From an uncultured Verrucomicrobiota bacterium (GTDB taxonomy: Bacteria; Verrucomicrobiota; Verrucomicrobiia; Limisphaerales; UBA8199): 32,000 nucleotides of DNA. A program made the translations under genes and the position numbers. The notes under the pieces are model-generated. The model made no database searches. It was not told the origin of the DNA and saw only the letters and a list, made by a program, of their open reading frames with translations. Numbering within the stretch: position 1 is the first letter of the stretch; each line of letters begins with the position of its first letter. The DNA is taken from assembly GCA_942493075.1 (NCBI GenBank), contig OW818681.1:4156964-4188963 (forward strand). Direction: 5' to 3'. Below, one piece after another: positions 1-8,184 of this stretch.

Positions 1-96
1 TAACTCTCGGCCCTGATGACCTGCTCAAGCACCACGCGTGTGATTGCCTCGTAGATTTCACCTATGGCTGCTCCTGCCAGAGGTTGTGAATGTTGG

Positions 97-3000
97 TTAG
101 GTCTGCTCGGGTGGTTGCATTCGGCGGGTGTCGGGCTCCTGGGCCTGTTGCCAACCGTCGTCGTAAAAAAACTGGTCCACTTTGCCCGCCGGATTTTGGA
201 TGCAATGGATTTTGAAATCCGCAGTCTCGGCGTGCTCCACGATGTAAAGCCAGTAGAGGTCGCCCAGTTCCTGAGCTTTCAGAAACTCGGTGCGAGTGAG
301 ACCGACCCCGGTGTCGGTCCAAATATCAGAGAGGGACTTGACCTCGATGTAGCGCAAGATGCCCCCCGTGGCGGGGTCGCGACTTTCGATGTCGTATCCC
401 GGATGGGTGTGTGGCATTTCGTGGGGTTCGCACTGCAAGCTCTTCTCGAACTCGAGGACTCGCTGGATACCTGCATTGTTGATGGCCTGCCGACGCTGCT
501 GCAACTCAGGATCGGGGTCCTCGTCTGAGGGGGTGGGATCTTTGACTACGTAACTGCGCAGTTTTCCGCGGCGTGGTTGGCGAGGTTGCTGCCTCCCTGG
601 ACATTCCCCTGCCCCTCCCTCGCCATTACCATGCCGGGGTGAGGTTCCTGTCATCGTGAGAGTTGAACCGCCATGAACACCCGTGCCGTTCCGCCCCCCT
701 CCATTGTCCTTCTGAGGCGAAGGCGAACTGGTAGGTGGATTCAAGGGGGACTGGATTGACACTGAGGGCTGGGCGGGGGGAGGACTGTCAGGTGCACCGG
801 CCGGCTGTGGGTTGGTTACAGAAAAATCCTGGGCGGATTGATCACCGATGGTCCTTATGGCCTGCCCGGCCGGAGCCGACTCCGCAGGCGGAGACTCCAG
901 GTTTGGGAAACCAAGTGCGTCGAGCATGGCGGCGGCTTCAGCCAACGACTCGGCGGCCAAGACGTCTCTTAAGCCGGGAGCCAAGCGACCGGGTTCCTCG
1001 TCGGGGTAGAGAGCGAGAGCCAATTCCCGGGCGATCTGTGCCCACGGAATGCTATCGTCATGTGAAACGAAGAGAAGCAGGTTTCCGTCCGACCGAAATA
1101 GGGCCGGACAATCCTCGGGAGTTGAAGCGAGTTTACTGCCGAATGCATCCAACTCATAGGAAATGCGGAGGGTCACGACAGACTCGAAACGGATCGACTT
1201 GAGCTTCGCCAGTTTATCTGCGGGATTGGAATGCGCGAGTTGAGCATCAAGCACGCGTGCGAGCTGAAGAGAACGTTCCTCAATGCGTGCAACCAGTTCC
1301 AGGTTGGGGGTGGGGTACGAGCATTCGAGGAGTAGAATGTTGACAGTTCCGGCGAGAGTTCGAACCCCGGCGGCGGTCATGGCTTTGGCCGTGCCTAGCA
1401 AGCGCGGGATCGCATTCGATTTGAGAAAACCCTGGAACTTTGATGCCAAACCAGCACGGTCCTCAAAAAACAGCCACGTGGGAGGAGCCAGGACATGAGT
1501 GCTATTGGGGATGCATTTGACTTCAGCCAGGGAAGCAAGGTCGGAGGTGGTGCACTGACCATGTTCGAGAGTTGACTCAAGCATAGCCCAGCAAGCGAGG
1601 CATACGGCACGTGCCTCGTCATCCAGTTGCCGGTTTTTGGAACCGAACTCGTCGGCCAACCCGGCTAGGACGCGAAAAGCATCTTTGTGGGTGGGAGTCT
1701 CTCGGACGCCAATTGCATTAAAAAGGTCATTGAACTTGCGGAGTTCAGGCCCAAGTTGATGGCGGAAGCGGCCAAAGGGATGGGCAGTCCAAAAGACGGA
1801 AGCAGGCCTAACGTAATGGCCATCGGGCAAGCGAAGGCATGGTTGTCCTCTCAGGCGCAGGATGTCGGAATCGTCCGCGTTGTTGTTGAGGAAGTTGTAA
1901 ACCTCCTGGTTTACAGTGTTGCCGGATGAGGCGCAGTGAAGAAGATGATCCACGACTAAAGCCAAGGGAGGCGTGGACTTCAGGCCAAGAGCGCTAAACA
2001 AAGCCGAGGCAGTATTTTGAACAGAGCGATCAACATCCAGGAACTGAGCCTGCGAACTGAAGAGATAATCCTGAAATGTGGCATAAAGCTCAGAGGGGCT
2101 GAACCACTGAGTGGCGTTGCCTCGAGCAGGGAGCCACGCTAAGGACTTGAGAGGGGACAAGGCGTCGGTTCCGGTAGAAGTTGTCTGCAGGCGTGCAGCA
2201 AGGTGGGCAAAGATGGTACGTATGGCAGTGGCTGTGCTGTCACTTGGGGGAGATTGAACTATTTCCTGAACATGGGTGACGATGTTCTCGAAACGAGGGC
2301 TTTCCACGATGCCCAACCAAGAGAATAACTCGTTGGTAACAGTGGCATGCTCCGTCGGCACAAGGGCCTGCGGAACGTGATTCCCAAGGACCTCGACAAT
2401 AATTGCACTTGGGAAGTAGACTTCAGCGGGGCGGCGGAACTGGCCGTCGGCACACTCGATTAGGGGCAACTGAGCCAAGGCAGAACGGATCTCCGGGTCC
2501 TCAGCAATCTGGCTCCGATTTGTAGCGAGAAGCAATGTGGCTGCTCTAAGTTTATCTGCCGCCAAGTCGTCCTGCCTCAAAGCAGGGATCAGGTGCCGTG
2601 ACACGTAGACTGAGAAGGATAAATCCTGAATCCCCAGTTCACGGAGGAAATCATGATGTGAAGATAAGGCCTTAACATCCAAAATGGCGGCGAGTTGAAG
2701 GGGATCAGCAAAATCCCCGGGCAGTGAGAGTTTTGTCAGGGGATTGTAACCGCCGGCGCTTGGAAAAACGGGGAGGTCGGCGAGTCCTGTGATCAGTGTT
2801 TTATTATCGAGAATTTCCGTCCGGCGATCCACAAACCAGGCGATGAGTTTAGGCACTGTGATGCGGCCTTCCTTTACTGCCAAAGCAAAACCTTCTGCTC
2901 CGAGGTTGTGAATTACACCGATGGCCTCCGAAGAGCCAAAACGAGGACAAAGGGATACAAAAAGATCGAAAGTGGTCGTTTCTGTCGAGGCGAAAAGCAG

Positions 3001-4692
3001 TGTTGAGCCCAAATCCAGGAACATCGTTTCGGTGGCCTTATCGGAAGTGCGGTAAACCAAATTGCACGGACACAGACTGCCGTCGCGACTGACAGCAAGG
3101 GAGAGGTTAGCCAGAGAGTTGACGACGGTAACGGCCAGATGATGTTGATGCGGGCCGAAGGAGCGGCGACCCAGCAGGAGATTGATTTCATCCCAGAGAG
3201 CACGGATAGCGCCAGGAGTTTGCAACCATGAGGGCCATTCGCCTTTGGAAAAAGTCCTGGTGAGTCCGGCGAACTGTAACTGCCTAATCAGGACGTCAAT
3301 AGTCAGTTGGCGCACGCCAACTTCTTTGGATATGAGGAGGTTCTGATGGGGACGCAGATCCTCGTGGACACAGTTAATGCCGATTGACTGCAAAACGGGC
3401 AAGGCGTTTTTTTCCTCCGACTGCTGAAGGTAGTAAACCTCAGCAGGACTGCACCACTGGTTCAAATGATTGAAGACGAGAGGCTGGGTGCCAAGCGAGG
3501 GGGCGAGTTTAGTCCAGAATTGCTTGAACATCTTCTCGGCGCGACCGGCATCCGCCTCCTGCGCGACCTGAAAGATGCGTGAGAGGAGAGACCAGACCCT
3601 CTGGTGGCCGAGGGTGTCGCGCAGTTGGTAAAACGAGGAGGCGAAGGCGTCAGCGGCGGCGGCCAGAGCTGCTTTGTTCCACTGGGATTGGTAATCCTGC
3701 TCGAAGATAATGCGTTTGCGATCTTCAGAGGGGTAGAAGTCGGCATTGATGTGAAAAGGCAGACCGGTTCTTTGCTGGGTAGGCAACGTGGCGCAAAGCA
3801 GGCCGGATTGTAGTTCGCCGGCCGGAATGGCGATGAGAATGCCGGAGGAACGCTTAGGCTCGATCCGAGTTGGATGCTGAGTACGAATTTCATCTGCTCG
3901 TGCTGCGAAGCCACCCCGGAGCAGATGCCAGATGACGTCGGGGGAACCGTCCCCCAGGCTCAAAACAAGTGTATTTCCTTGCTTCACCCGTTCCAGATGG
4001 CGAATTAGATTGCCGTTCCTCTTGATGTGGACAGTGTCGATACTCTTCAGGAAGAGCATCGCAGTGGAAAGGGCCGTCTCCAACTCGGCCAAGAGGGCGA
4101 CCGGCGTGTCTCGGGTGACGGGTTCGGCGCGGAGGCCCTGGCGCATGGAAGAATGGGCGTCGAGGGCCCAGGGCAGGTAGAAGCGTGTGCCGGGCAAGTC
4201 CACGGGTAGGCAGCGTGAACAACCGCCACACTGTGCGATGCGTTTGTCGGGCGCTGCAGTCTCGTCGATGATCCAATGACGGCCAGACGAGATAAGTTCC
4301 GGGCGGTCTGTAATCTGGTAAACGGAGATGAAGCCGATGCCGAAGGCACCCGTGGTGTTGGCTTCGTGGCGTTTGTCTGCGCCCGCAACAATCCTGAAGC
4401 GATGGAAATCGCAACGGTGGGAACCGTGTGACGGTTCATTTCTCCAGTGGCATTCTTGTTCCTCGGGCTTAAGGCAGTCACTGAACTGGCCATTGTTTTC
4501 GACGATCAAAGCGTCGCCGCAAATGTTGAAGGTGAAGTGGGTGACGCCCGCGACGTCATCGGCATTCTGGAGCAACTCGTGAGCAAGAGTCGCGAAACCC
4601 TTTAGGTTGCGGAGCTTGGCGCCGAGGTCCTCGAGGTAATCGAGTTCGCGGCCAAAGTGAATGAGAGGTGCTGGAGCAGGTGGGTCAGGCAT
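97..4692 (-). CDS. 1531-aa sacsin-type GHKL ATPase with C-terminal DUF3883-like (PD-(D/E)xK fold) domain
   Basis: ATG at 4692, 2 nt after the stop of the upstream nuclease gene. The N-terminus has the GHKL N-box ELLQNADDV and G-box GAFGIGFISVY (sacsin/Hsp90-like pattern). A P/S/G-rich low-complexity linker lies at roughly nt 565-830. The C-terminal ~170 aa carry GYDIES...RYIEVKS...YWLYIVE, the D...ExK pattern I associate with DUF3883. Confidence 0.8.
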   Translation of the reverse strand: MPDPPAPAPLIHFGRELDYLEDLGAKLRNLKGFATLAHELLQNADDVAGVTHFTFNICGDALIVENNGQFSDCLKPEEQECHWRNEPSHGSHRCDFHRFRIVAGADKRHEANTTGAFGIGFISVYQITDRPELISSGRHWIIDETAAPDKRIAQCGGCSRCLPVDLPGTRFYLPWALDAHSSMRQGLRAEPVTRDTPVALLAELETALSTAMLFLKSIDTVHIKRNGNLIRHLERVKQGNTLVLSLGDGSPDVIWHLLRGGFAARADEIRTQHPTRIEPKRSSGILIAIPAGELQSGLLCATLPTQQRTGLPFHINADFYPSEDRKRIIFEQDYQSQWNKAALAAAADAFASSFYQLRDTLGHQRVWSLLSRIFQVAQEADAGRAEKMFKQFWTKLAPSLGTQPLVFNHLNQWCSPAEVYYLQQSEEKNALPVLQSIGINCVHEDLRPHQNLLISKEVGVRQLTIDVLIRQLQFAGLTRTFSKGEWPSWLQTPGAIRALWDEINLLLGRRSFGPHQHHLAVTVVNSLANLSLAVSRDGSLCPCNLVYRTSDKATETMFLDLGSTLLFASTETTTFDLFVSLCPRFGSSEAIGVIHNLGAEGFALAVKEGRITVPKLIAWFVDRRTEILDNKTLITGLADLPVFPSAGGYNPLTKLSLPGDFADPLQLAAILDVKALSSHHDFLRELGIQDLSFSVYVSRHLIPALRQDDLAADKLRAATLLLATNRSQIAEDPEIRSALAQLPLIECADGQFRRPAEVYFPSAIIVEVLGNHVPQALVPTEHATVTNELFSWLGIVESPRFENIVTHVQEIVQSPPSDSTATAIRTIFAHLAARLQTTSTGTDALSPLKSLAWLPARGNATQWFSPSELYATFQDYLFSSQAQFLDVDRSVQNTASALFSALGLKSTPPLALVVDHLLHCASSGNTVNQEVYNFLNNNADDSDILRLRGQPCLRLPDGHYVRPASVFWTAHPFGRFRHQLGPELRKFNDLFNAIGVRETPTHKDAFRVLAGLADEFGSKNRQLDDEARAVCLACWAMLESTLEHGQCTTSDLASLAEVKCIPNSTHVLAPPTWLFFEDRAGLASKFQGFLKSNAIPRLLGTAKAMTAAGVRTLAGTVNILLLECSYPTPNLELVARIEERSLQLARVLDAQLAHSNPADKLAKLKSIRFESVVTLRISYELDAFGSKLASTPEDCPALFRSDGNLLLFVSHDDSIPWAQIARELALALYPDEEPGRLAPGLRDVLAAESLAEAAAMLDALGFPNLESPPAESAPAGQAIRTIGDQSAQDFSVTNPQPAGAPDSPPPAQPSVSIQSPLNPPTSSPSPQKDNGGGRNGTGVHGGSTLTMTGTSPRHGNGEGGAGECPGRQQPRQPRRGKLRSYVVKDPTPSDEDPDPELQQRRQAINNAGIQRVLEFEKSLQCEPHEMPHTHPGYDIESRDPATGGILRYIEVKSLSDIWTDTGVGLTRTEFLKAQELGDLYWLYIVEHAETADFKIHCIQNPAGKVDQFFYDDGWQQAQEPDTRRMQPPEQT

Positions 4693-4694
4693 GG

Positions 4695-5636
4695 CTAGAC
4701 GGGGTCGCGGAGGGGATACTTATTGGGCTGTGAGGGGCAGTTCCAGCGAATGTCACAGATGTCGCAGGTCTTATCGTCTGGCAAACTAGCGCCAGTTGGC
4801 GCGGGCCATGATTGGGTTTGGCAGCAGGTCGCAATGTCTGCCGCCGTGATGTCAAAGGCTGCCAGTGCCTGCTGAACAAGAACGGGGGTGCCGTCAGTTG
4901 CCACACCGGCGCGCATGAAATCCACCACGTGGACCGCCGGCAATGGGCGAGTGGTAATCGGAGGTTGGCCGGGCTTCTGTTTCAGTTCGTTGAGAAAATA
5001 CAAGACTGCCCGGCGGGGGTAGTTACCCGTTTTGACCCGATAGAGTTGAGCGTAGACACTCATCTGCCATTCATAATCCAAGAGGGATGTGGAAGAGAGG
5101 GGTGGTTTGTCCGTGCCCTTGTAATCCCAGATCTCCCTCTCCCCTACGGCATCTGAGGCCAGAACATCGACTACCCCTCGAAGGATATAGGTGCTCCGTT
5201 CTGATTCGAGGCGGTATTCGGTGTCCAGCACACGGGGATACAAGGTCGGGCCTTCGATGTTGTTGAAGGCTTTGAGCACCTCCCTGGCCTGCTCGGCCAC
5301 GCGAGGTGAGGCTGGCCGAACGCCGTGGGCGCGCATGGCGCGATCCACTTCGAAGAAGTAAGCATCAATGTCGGTATCCGTGGGAAACGTTCCAGGGGGA
5401 TGGCCGAACAAACCGCTGAAGTGACGATGACATCGGTCTAGCACCTGATGGATCATCTGGCCGAAGTAGACCTGAACGGCTTGGGCCGGAACGAAGCCAT
5501 CATTTCCGAAGTAGCCGTATTGGCGGCGACACTTGCGGAAAGAGATGATGTCGGATGTGAGACTGAGCCGGGGACGAATCAAGGTGGCAGCGCGGGGGGT
5601 GACGAGTCCCGCAGGAAATAGATTGGCAGCGCTCAT
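4695..5636 (-). CDS. Cas4/RecB-family PD-(D/E)xK nuclease with 4-Cys (Fe-S type) cluster
   Basis: ATG at 5636 overlaps the helicase stop (ATGA, 5633-5636). The longer start at 5681 in the ORF track would overlap the helicase by 49 nt. One N-terminal Cys (FRKCRRQYGY) plus C-terminal CDICDIRWNC (C-x2-C-x5-C). VVDVLASD...EIWDYKGT gives D...(D/E)xK. QMSVYAQLY matches the RecB-family QhxxY motif. Confidence 0.8.
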   Translation of the reverse strand: MSAANLFPAGLVTPRAATLIRPRLSLTSDIISFRKCRRQYGYFGNDGFVPAQAVQVYFGQMIHQVLDRCHRHFSGLFGHPPGTFPTDTDIDAYFFEVDRAMRAHGVRPASPRVAEQAREVLKAFNNIEGPTLYPRVLDTEYRLESERSTYILRGVVDVLASDAVGEREIWDYKGTDKPPLSSTSLLDYEWQMSVYAQLYRVKTGNYPRRAVLYFLNELKQKPGQPPITTRPLPAVHVVDFMRAGVATDGTPVLVQQALAAFDITAADIATCCQTQSWPAPTGASLPDDKTCDICDIRWNCPSQPNKYPLRDPV

Positions 5637-7894
5637 AAGACGTTTGTTCTGTGTTTCAGCCAACCCGCGCTGGGGCCGCACGGGATGGCGTCCTTGTTGA
5701 AGTGCGTGGCGGTTCCCAGGAAGATCAAAGCGTATTCCGCACGAGAGTAGGCGACGTAATACTGCCGGACCATATCCATTTGGGCGCGTTCGCCTTCGGG
5801 CCTACGGAGAAAACTTCGGGCCGGATTGGCGGGATATTGAGAGAACAGTGTTTCGAGGCGATGACTCTTGCCGACCTCGGCGCCTTCCCCCATGTGGCCC
5901 ACGAAGACATACGGGAATTCCAATCCTTTGGACTGGTGCATGGTCATGATAGGCACCATGCCCGCCGGGCATATCACTTCATCGTTTTCCTCATCGTTCA
6001 TGCCCACATCCATGATGTAGGTGAGGAAGAGATGGTAGAATGAGTTTAACCAACCGCCGACCACTTCGCCCGGGTAGGTGCTGGAGGCTCGCATGGTACC
6101 GCGAGTGACATTGGGCCGTGCCAAACCAGTAGCCGGATCCAAGACAGGGGTGGAGTTGTAAGCCTCCAAAAGCTTGGTCAGGCGTGCGAAACGAACCCGG
6201 CGCACGGGGTCGTTCTGCCACGTGGAGAACGGTTCACAACTCATTAGGTAATAGGTCAACTCTTGCAGGTTGCAGTCGAAGTATTCACCGGGTTTCGCGA
6301 GGATGGCGGCGCGGCATTGGGCGACATAAGCGGTGAGGGCGGGGTTGGCGGCCGCAAGGGCGTCGTAGGTGGTGCGAAAATCCGCCTCAGCGGCTGGAAT
6401 AGAATTCTTGTTAGCCGGATCCTGGGCGTAACGGCGTTGGGGGTCCACGACTGCCAGAATGGCACCCAGCAAACCCTGAACCTCCTCCTGCTCCATGAAG
6501 GTTTTGTTGCGCGGGTTATAGACGGAGAGCCCCCGTGCTTGCAAAGCGGCAGCAAAGGGGCCGGCATTGCGAGGAGACTCTTTGGTGCTCTTGAGCAGGA
6601 GACAGCACTCGTTGGGATCGTTTACCTTGCCAGTGCTGATCAAGTCAGCGACGGTTTGAGCAAACAGATCGGCGACGTCGCCGAGTTTAGCGCCAACGAG
6701 TCTGCCGATCGCCGGATAGGTTTGAGGAATGAGCTTGCGAGCAACGACCGGAGGTTTGGGCGACCGCGCTCCGGGGGTCAGCATTAATGGGAATGCGGTA
6801 ATGTAGTCGTTGATGAAATCAACGATATCGGTATGGGAGCGGAAGTTATCAACCAGACTGTAGCGCGCAACCGTGGAAGGATTCAGGCCGAGGAACGCCT
6901 GACAGGCTCGATCGAACGTGACCATGCACTCGACCGAGCCGCCCCGGAAGCGATACATGGCCTGGTCATCGTCACCCACAACAACGAGATTATGAGGCGC
7001 GCGACGGGCGAGTTGGAAGTAAATTTCCTCCTGCATGGGGTTGGTATCCTGGTATTCGTCCACGAGGACCCACTGGATGCCCGGGTTGGCAGGGGATCCG
7101 TCGCCGGTGAGAAAGGACTGGCCCAAGGGGGTGCTGAGGAAGCTCAGGAAACGGCCCTGGAGTTGTGAGAAATCGCAACGATAATTGTTAAGCAGGTGCT
7201 TAACATATTCGTCGTAGAGATCGGCCAACCGAGCCAATTGTCCGCCGACCGCCCGCAAGCCCGTGACTGAAACGCGATCTTCAACCATGCGGTTGAGCAG
7301 CACAATCAGGGCACTGGTGGTATTCCAACGGCTGGGGGGGTAAGCCCTCGTAGGTTGCCATTGCAACGGAGTAAACATCCAAGGGAAGGCGCCCCAGAAA
7401 GTGATTTCAGCGGGAGCATTGGGTGCCTTGACCAGACTCATGTGTTCGCGGACAAAGAGCGCCTGCTCGAACTCATCCATGAGGCGGACGTTCTGATAAT
7501 TGGGCGCGCGGAATTCCTGCAGGAGATCGTTGGCCAATCCATGCAAAGTGCCGACGCGCAATTTGGAAACGTCGATCACCACCAAAGAGGGATCGGCAGC
7601 CACCAGCCGAGCGCGGTAGTTAAGAATGCGGTCTTCGAGATTCTTAGCAGCCTTTTCTGTGAAGGTAGTGACAAAAACAGATTCCGGCGGGACGCGTTGG
7701 GCTTGCAGAGGATCGCCACTGACGTAGAGGAGGCGAAGGACCATGACGGTAAGGACTTCGGTCTTGCCTGAACCCGGGCCGGCGAGGACCCAGGCCGGGC
7801 CTTGCGGATGGCGGACAATGGCCTCCTGCTGGGGCGTGAGTTGTTTGGTTGCACCAGGCGGGTAGAGAATGGCGAGGAGTTCGGTGATGGTCAT
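5633..7894 (-). CDS. UvrD/PcrA/Rep-family SF1 helicase
   Basis: Walker A AGPGSGKTEV. Motif Ia TFTEKAAKNL. Motif II VLVDEYQDTN. Motif III VVGDDDQAMYRFRGG. DNFRSH. Motif V MHQSKGLEFPYVFV. Motif VI YVAYSRAEYAL. The ATG at 7894 overlaps the HTH gene stop (ATGA). Confidence 0.92.
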   Translation of the reverse strand: MTITELLAILYPPGATKQLTPQQEAIVRHPQGPAWVLAGPGSGKTEVLTVMVLRLLYVSGDPLQAQRVPPESVFVTTFTEKAAKNLEDRILNYRARLVAADPSLVVIDVSKLRVGTLHGLANDLLQEFRAPNYQNVRLMDEFEQALFVREHMSLVKAPNAPAEITFWGAFPWMFTPLQWQPTRAYPPSRWNTTSALIVLLNRMVEDRVSVTGLRAVGGQLARLADLYDEYVKHLLNNYRCDFSQLQGRFLSFLSTPLGQSFLTGDGSPANPGIQWVLVDEYQDTNPMQEEIYFQLARRAPHNLVVVGDDDQAMYRFRGGSVECMVTFDRACQAFLGLNPSTVARYSLVDNFRSHTDIVDFINDYITAFPLMLTPGARSPKPPVVARKLIPQTYPAIGRLVGAKLGDVADLFAQTVADLISTGKVNDPNECCLLLKSTKESPRNAGPFAAALQARGLSVYNPRNKTFMEQEEVQGLLGAILAVVDPQRRYAQDPANKNSIPAAEADFRTTYDALAAANPALTAYVAQCRAAILAKPGEYFDCNLQELTYYLMSCEPFSTWQNDPVRRVRFARLTKLLEAYNSTPVLDPATGLARPNVTRGTMRASSTYPGEVVGGWLNSFYHLFLTYIMDVGMNDEENDEVICPAGMVPIMTMHQSKGLEFPYVFVGHMGEGAEVGKSHRLETLFSQYPANPARSFLRRPEGERAQMDMVRQYYVAYSRAEYALIFLGTATHFNKDAIPCGPSAGWLKHRTNVL

Positions 7895-8097
7895 GGCAGC
7901 AAATCCTTTGTAGGGACCTTGAGGGCCTTGGCGATTTTGGTGAGGGTAGAGAGGCGGACATCCACATCGCCGCGCTCGATGCGGCCGATGGTGCGGACGG
8001 GAAGAGCGGCGGCCTTGGCGAGGTCGCGCTGCAGCCAGGCGCTGCCCTCACGTCGTTGTTTAATGGATTGGCCGACTTGTTGGGCGAGGGGTTTCAT
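7891..8097 (-). CDS. XRE-family helix-turn-helix transcriptional regulator (68 aa)
   Basis: WLQRDLAKAAALPVRTIGRIERGDVDVRLSTLTKIAKAL is a typical Cro/C1-type HTH. It is the first gene of a four-gene coupled unit. Confidence 0.85.
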   Translation of the reverse strand: MKPLAQQVGQSIKQRREGSAWLQRDLAKAAALPVRTIGRIERGDVDVRLSTLTKIAKALKVPTKDLLP

Positions 8098-8137
8098 AGA
8101 AAAAGCAAAAACCCGAGGGACATTTGTGTCCTTCGGG
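8098..8137 (-). terminator. Intrinsic terminator after the 621-aa gene
   Basis: On the minus strand: CCCGAAGGAC-ACAAAT-GTCCCTCGGG (10-bp stem with one A:C mismatch) followed by TTTTTGCTTTTTCT. The T-tract ends at 8098, and the XRE ATG begins at 8097. Confidence 0.7.
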
Positions 8138-8184
8138 TGGGTGGTTGAGATTTATTATTTAGCGGAGGTAGTAATCTGGGCGCG

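Noticed and set aside
1-96. Possible 5' part of another minus-strand gene running off the left edge (frame reads ...IGEIYEAITRVVLEQVIRAES)
   Set aside because: The peptide looks protein-like, but no ATG lies in frame after the upstream stop. Only in-frame GTGs are available, and fewer than 35 codons are visible. This is too little to support a call.
1355-1370. tRNA T-loop-like string (gagttcgaacccc)
   Set aside because: It lies inside the 1531-aa CDS. No acceptor, D or anticodon arms can be drawn around it on either strand. I found no tRNA anywhere in the window.
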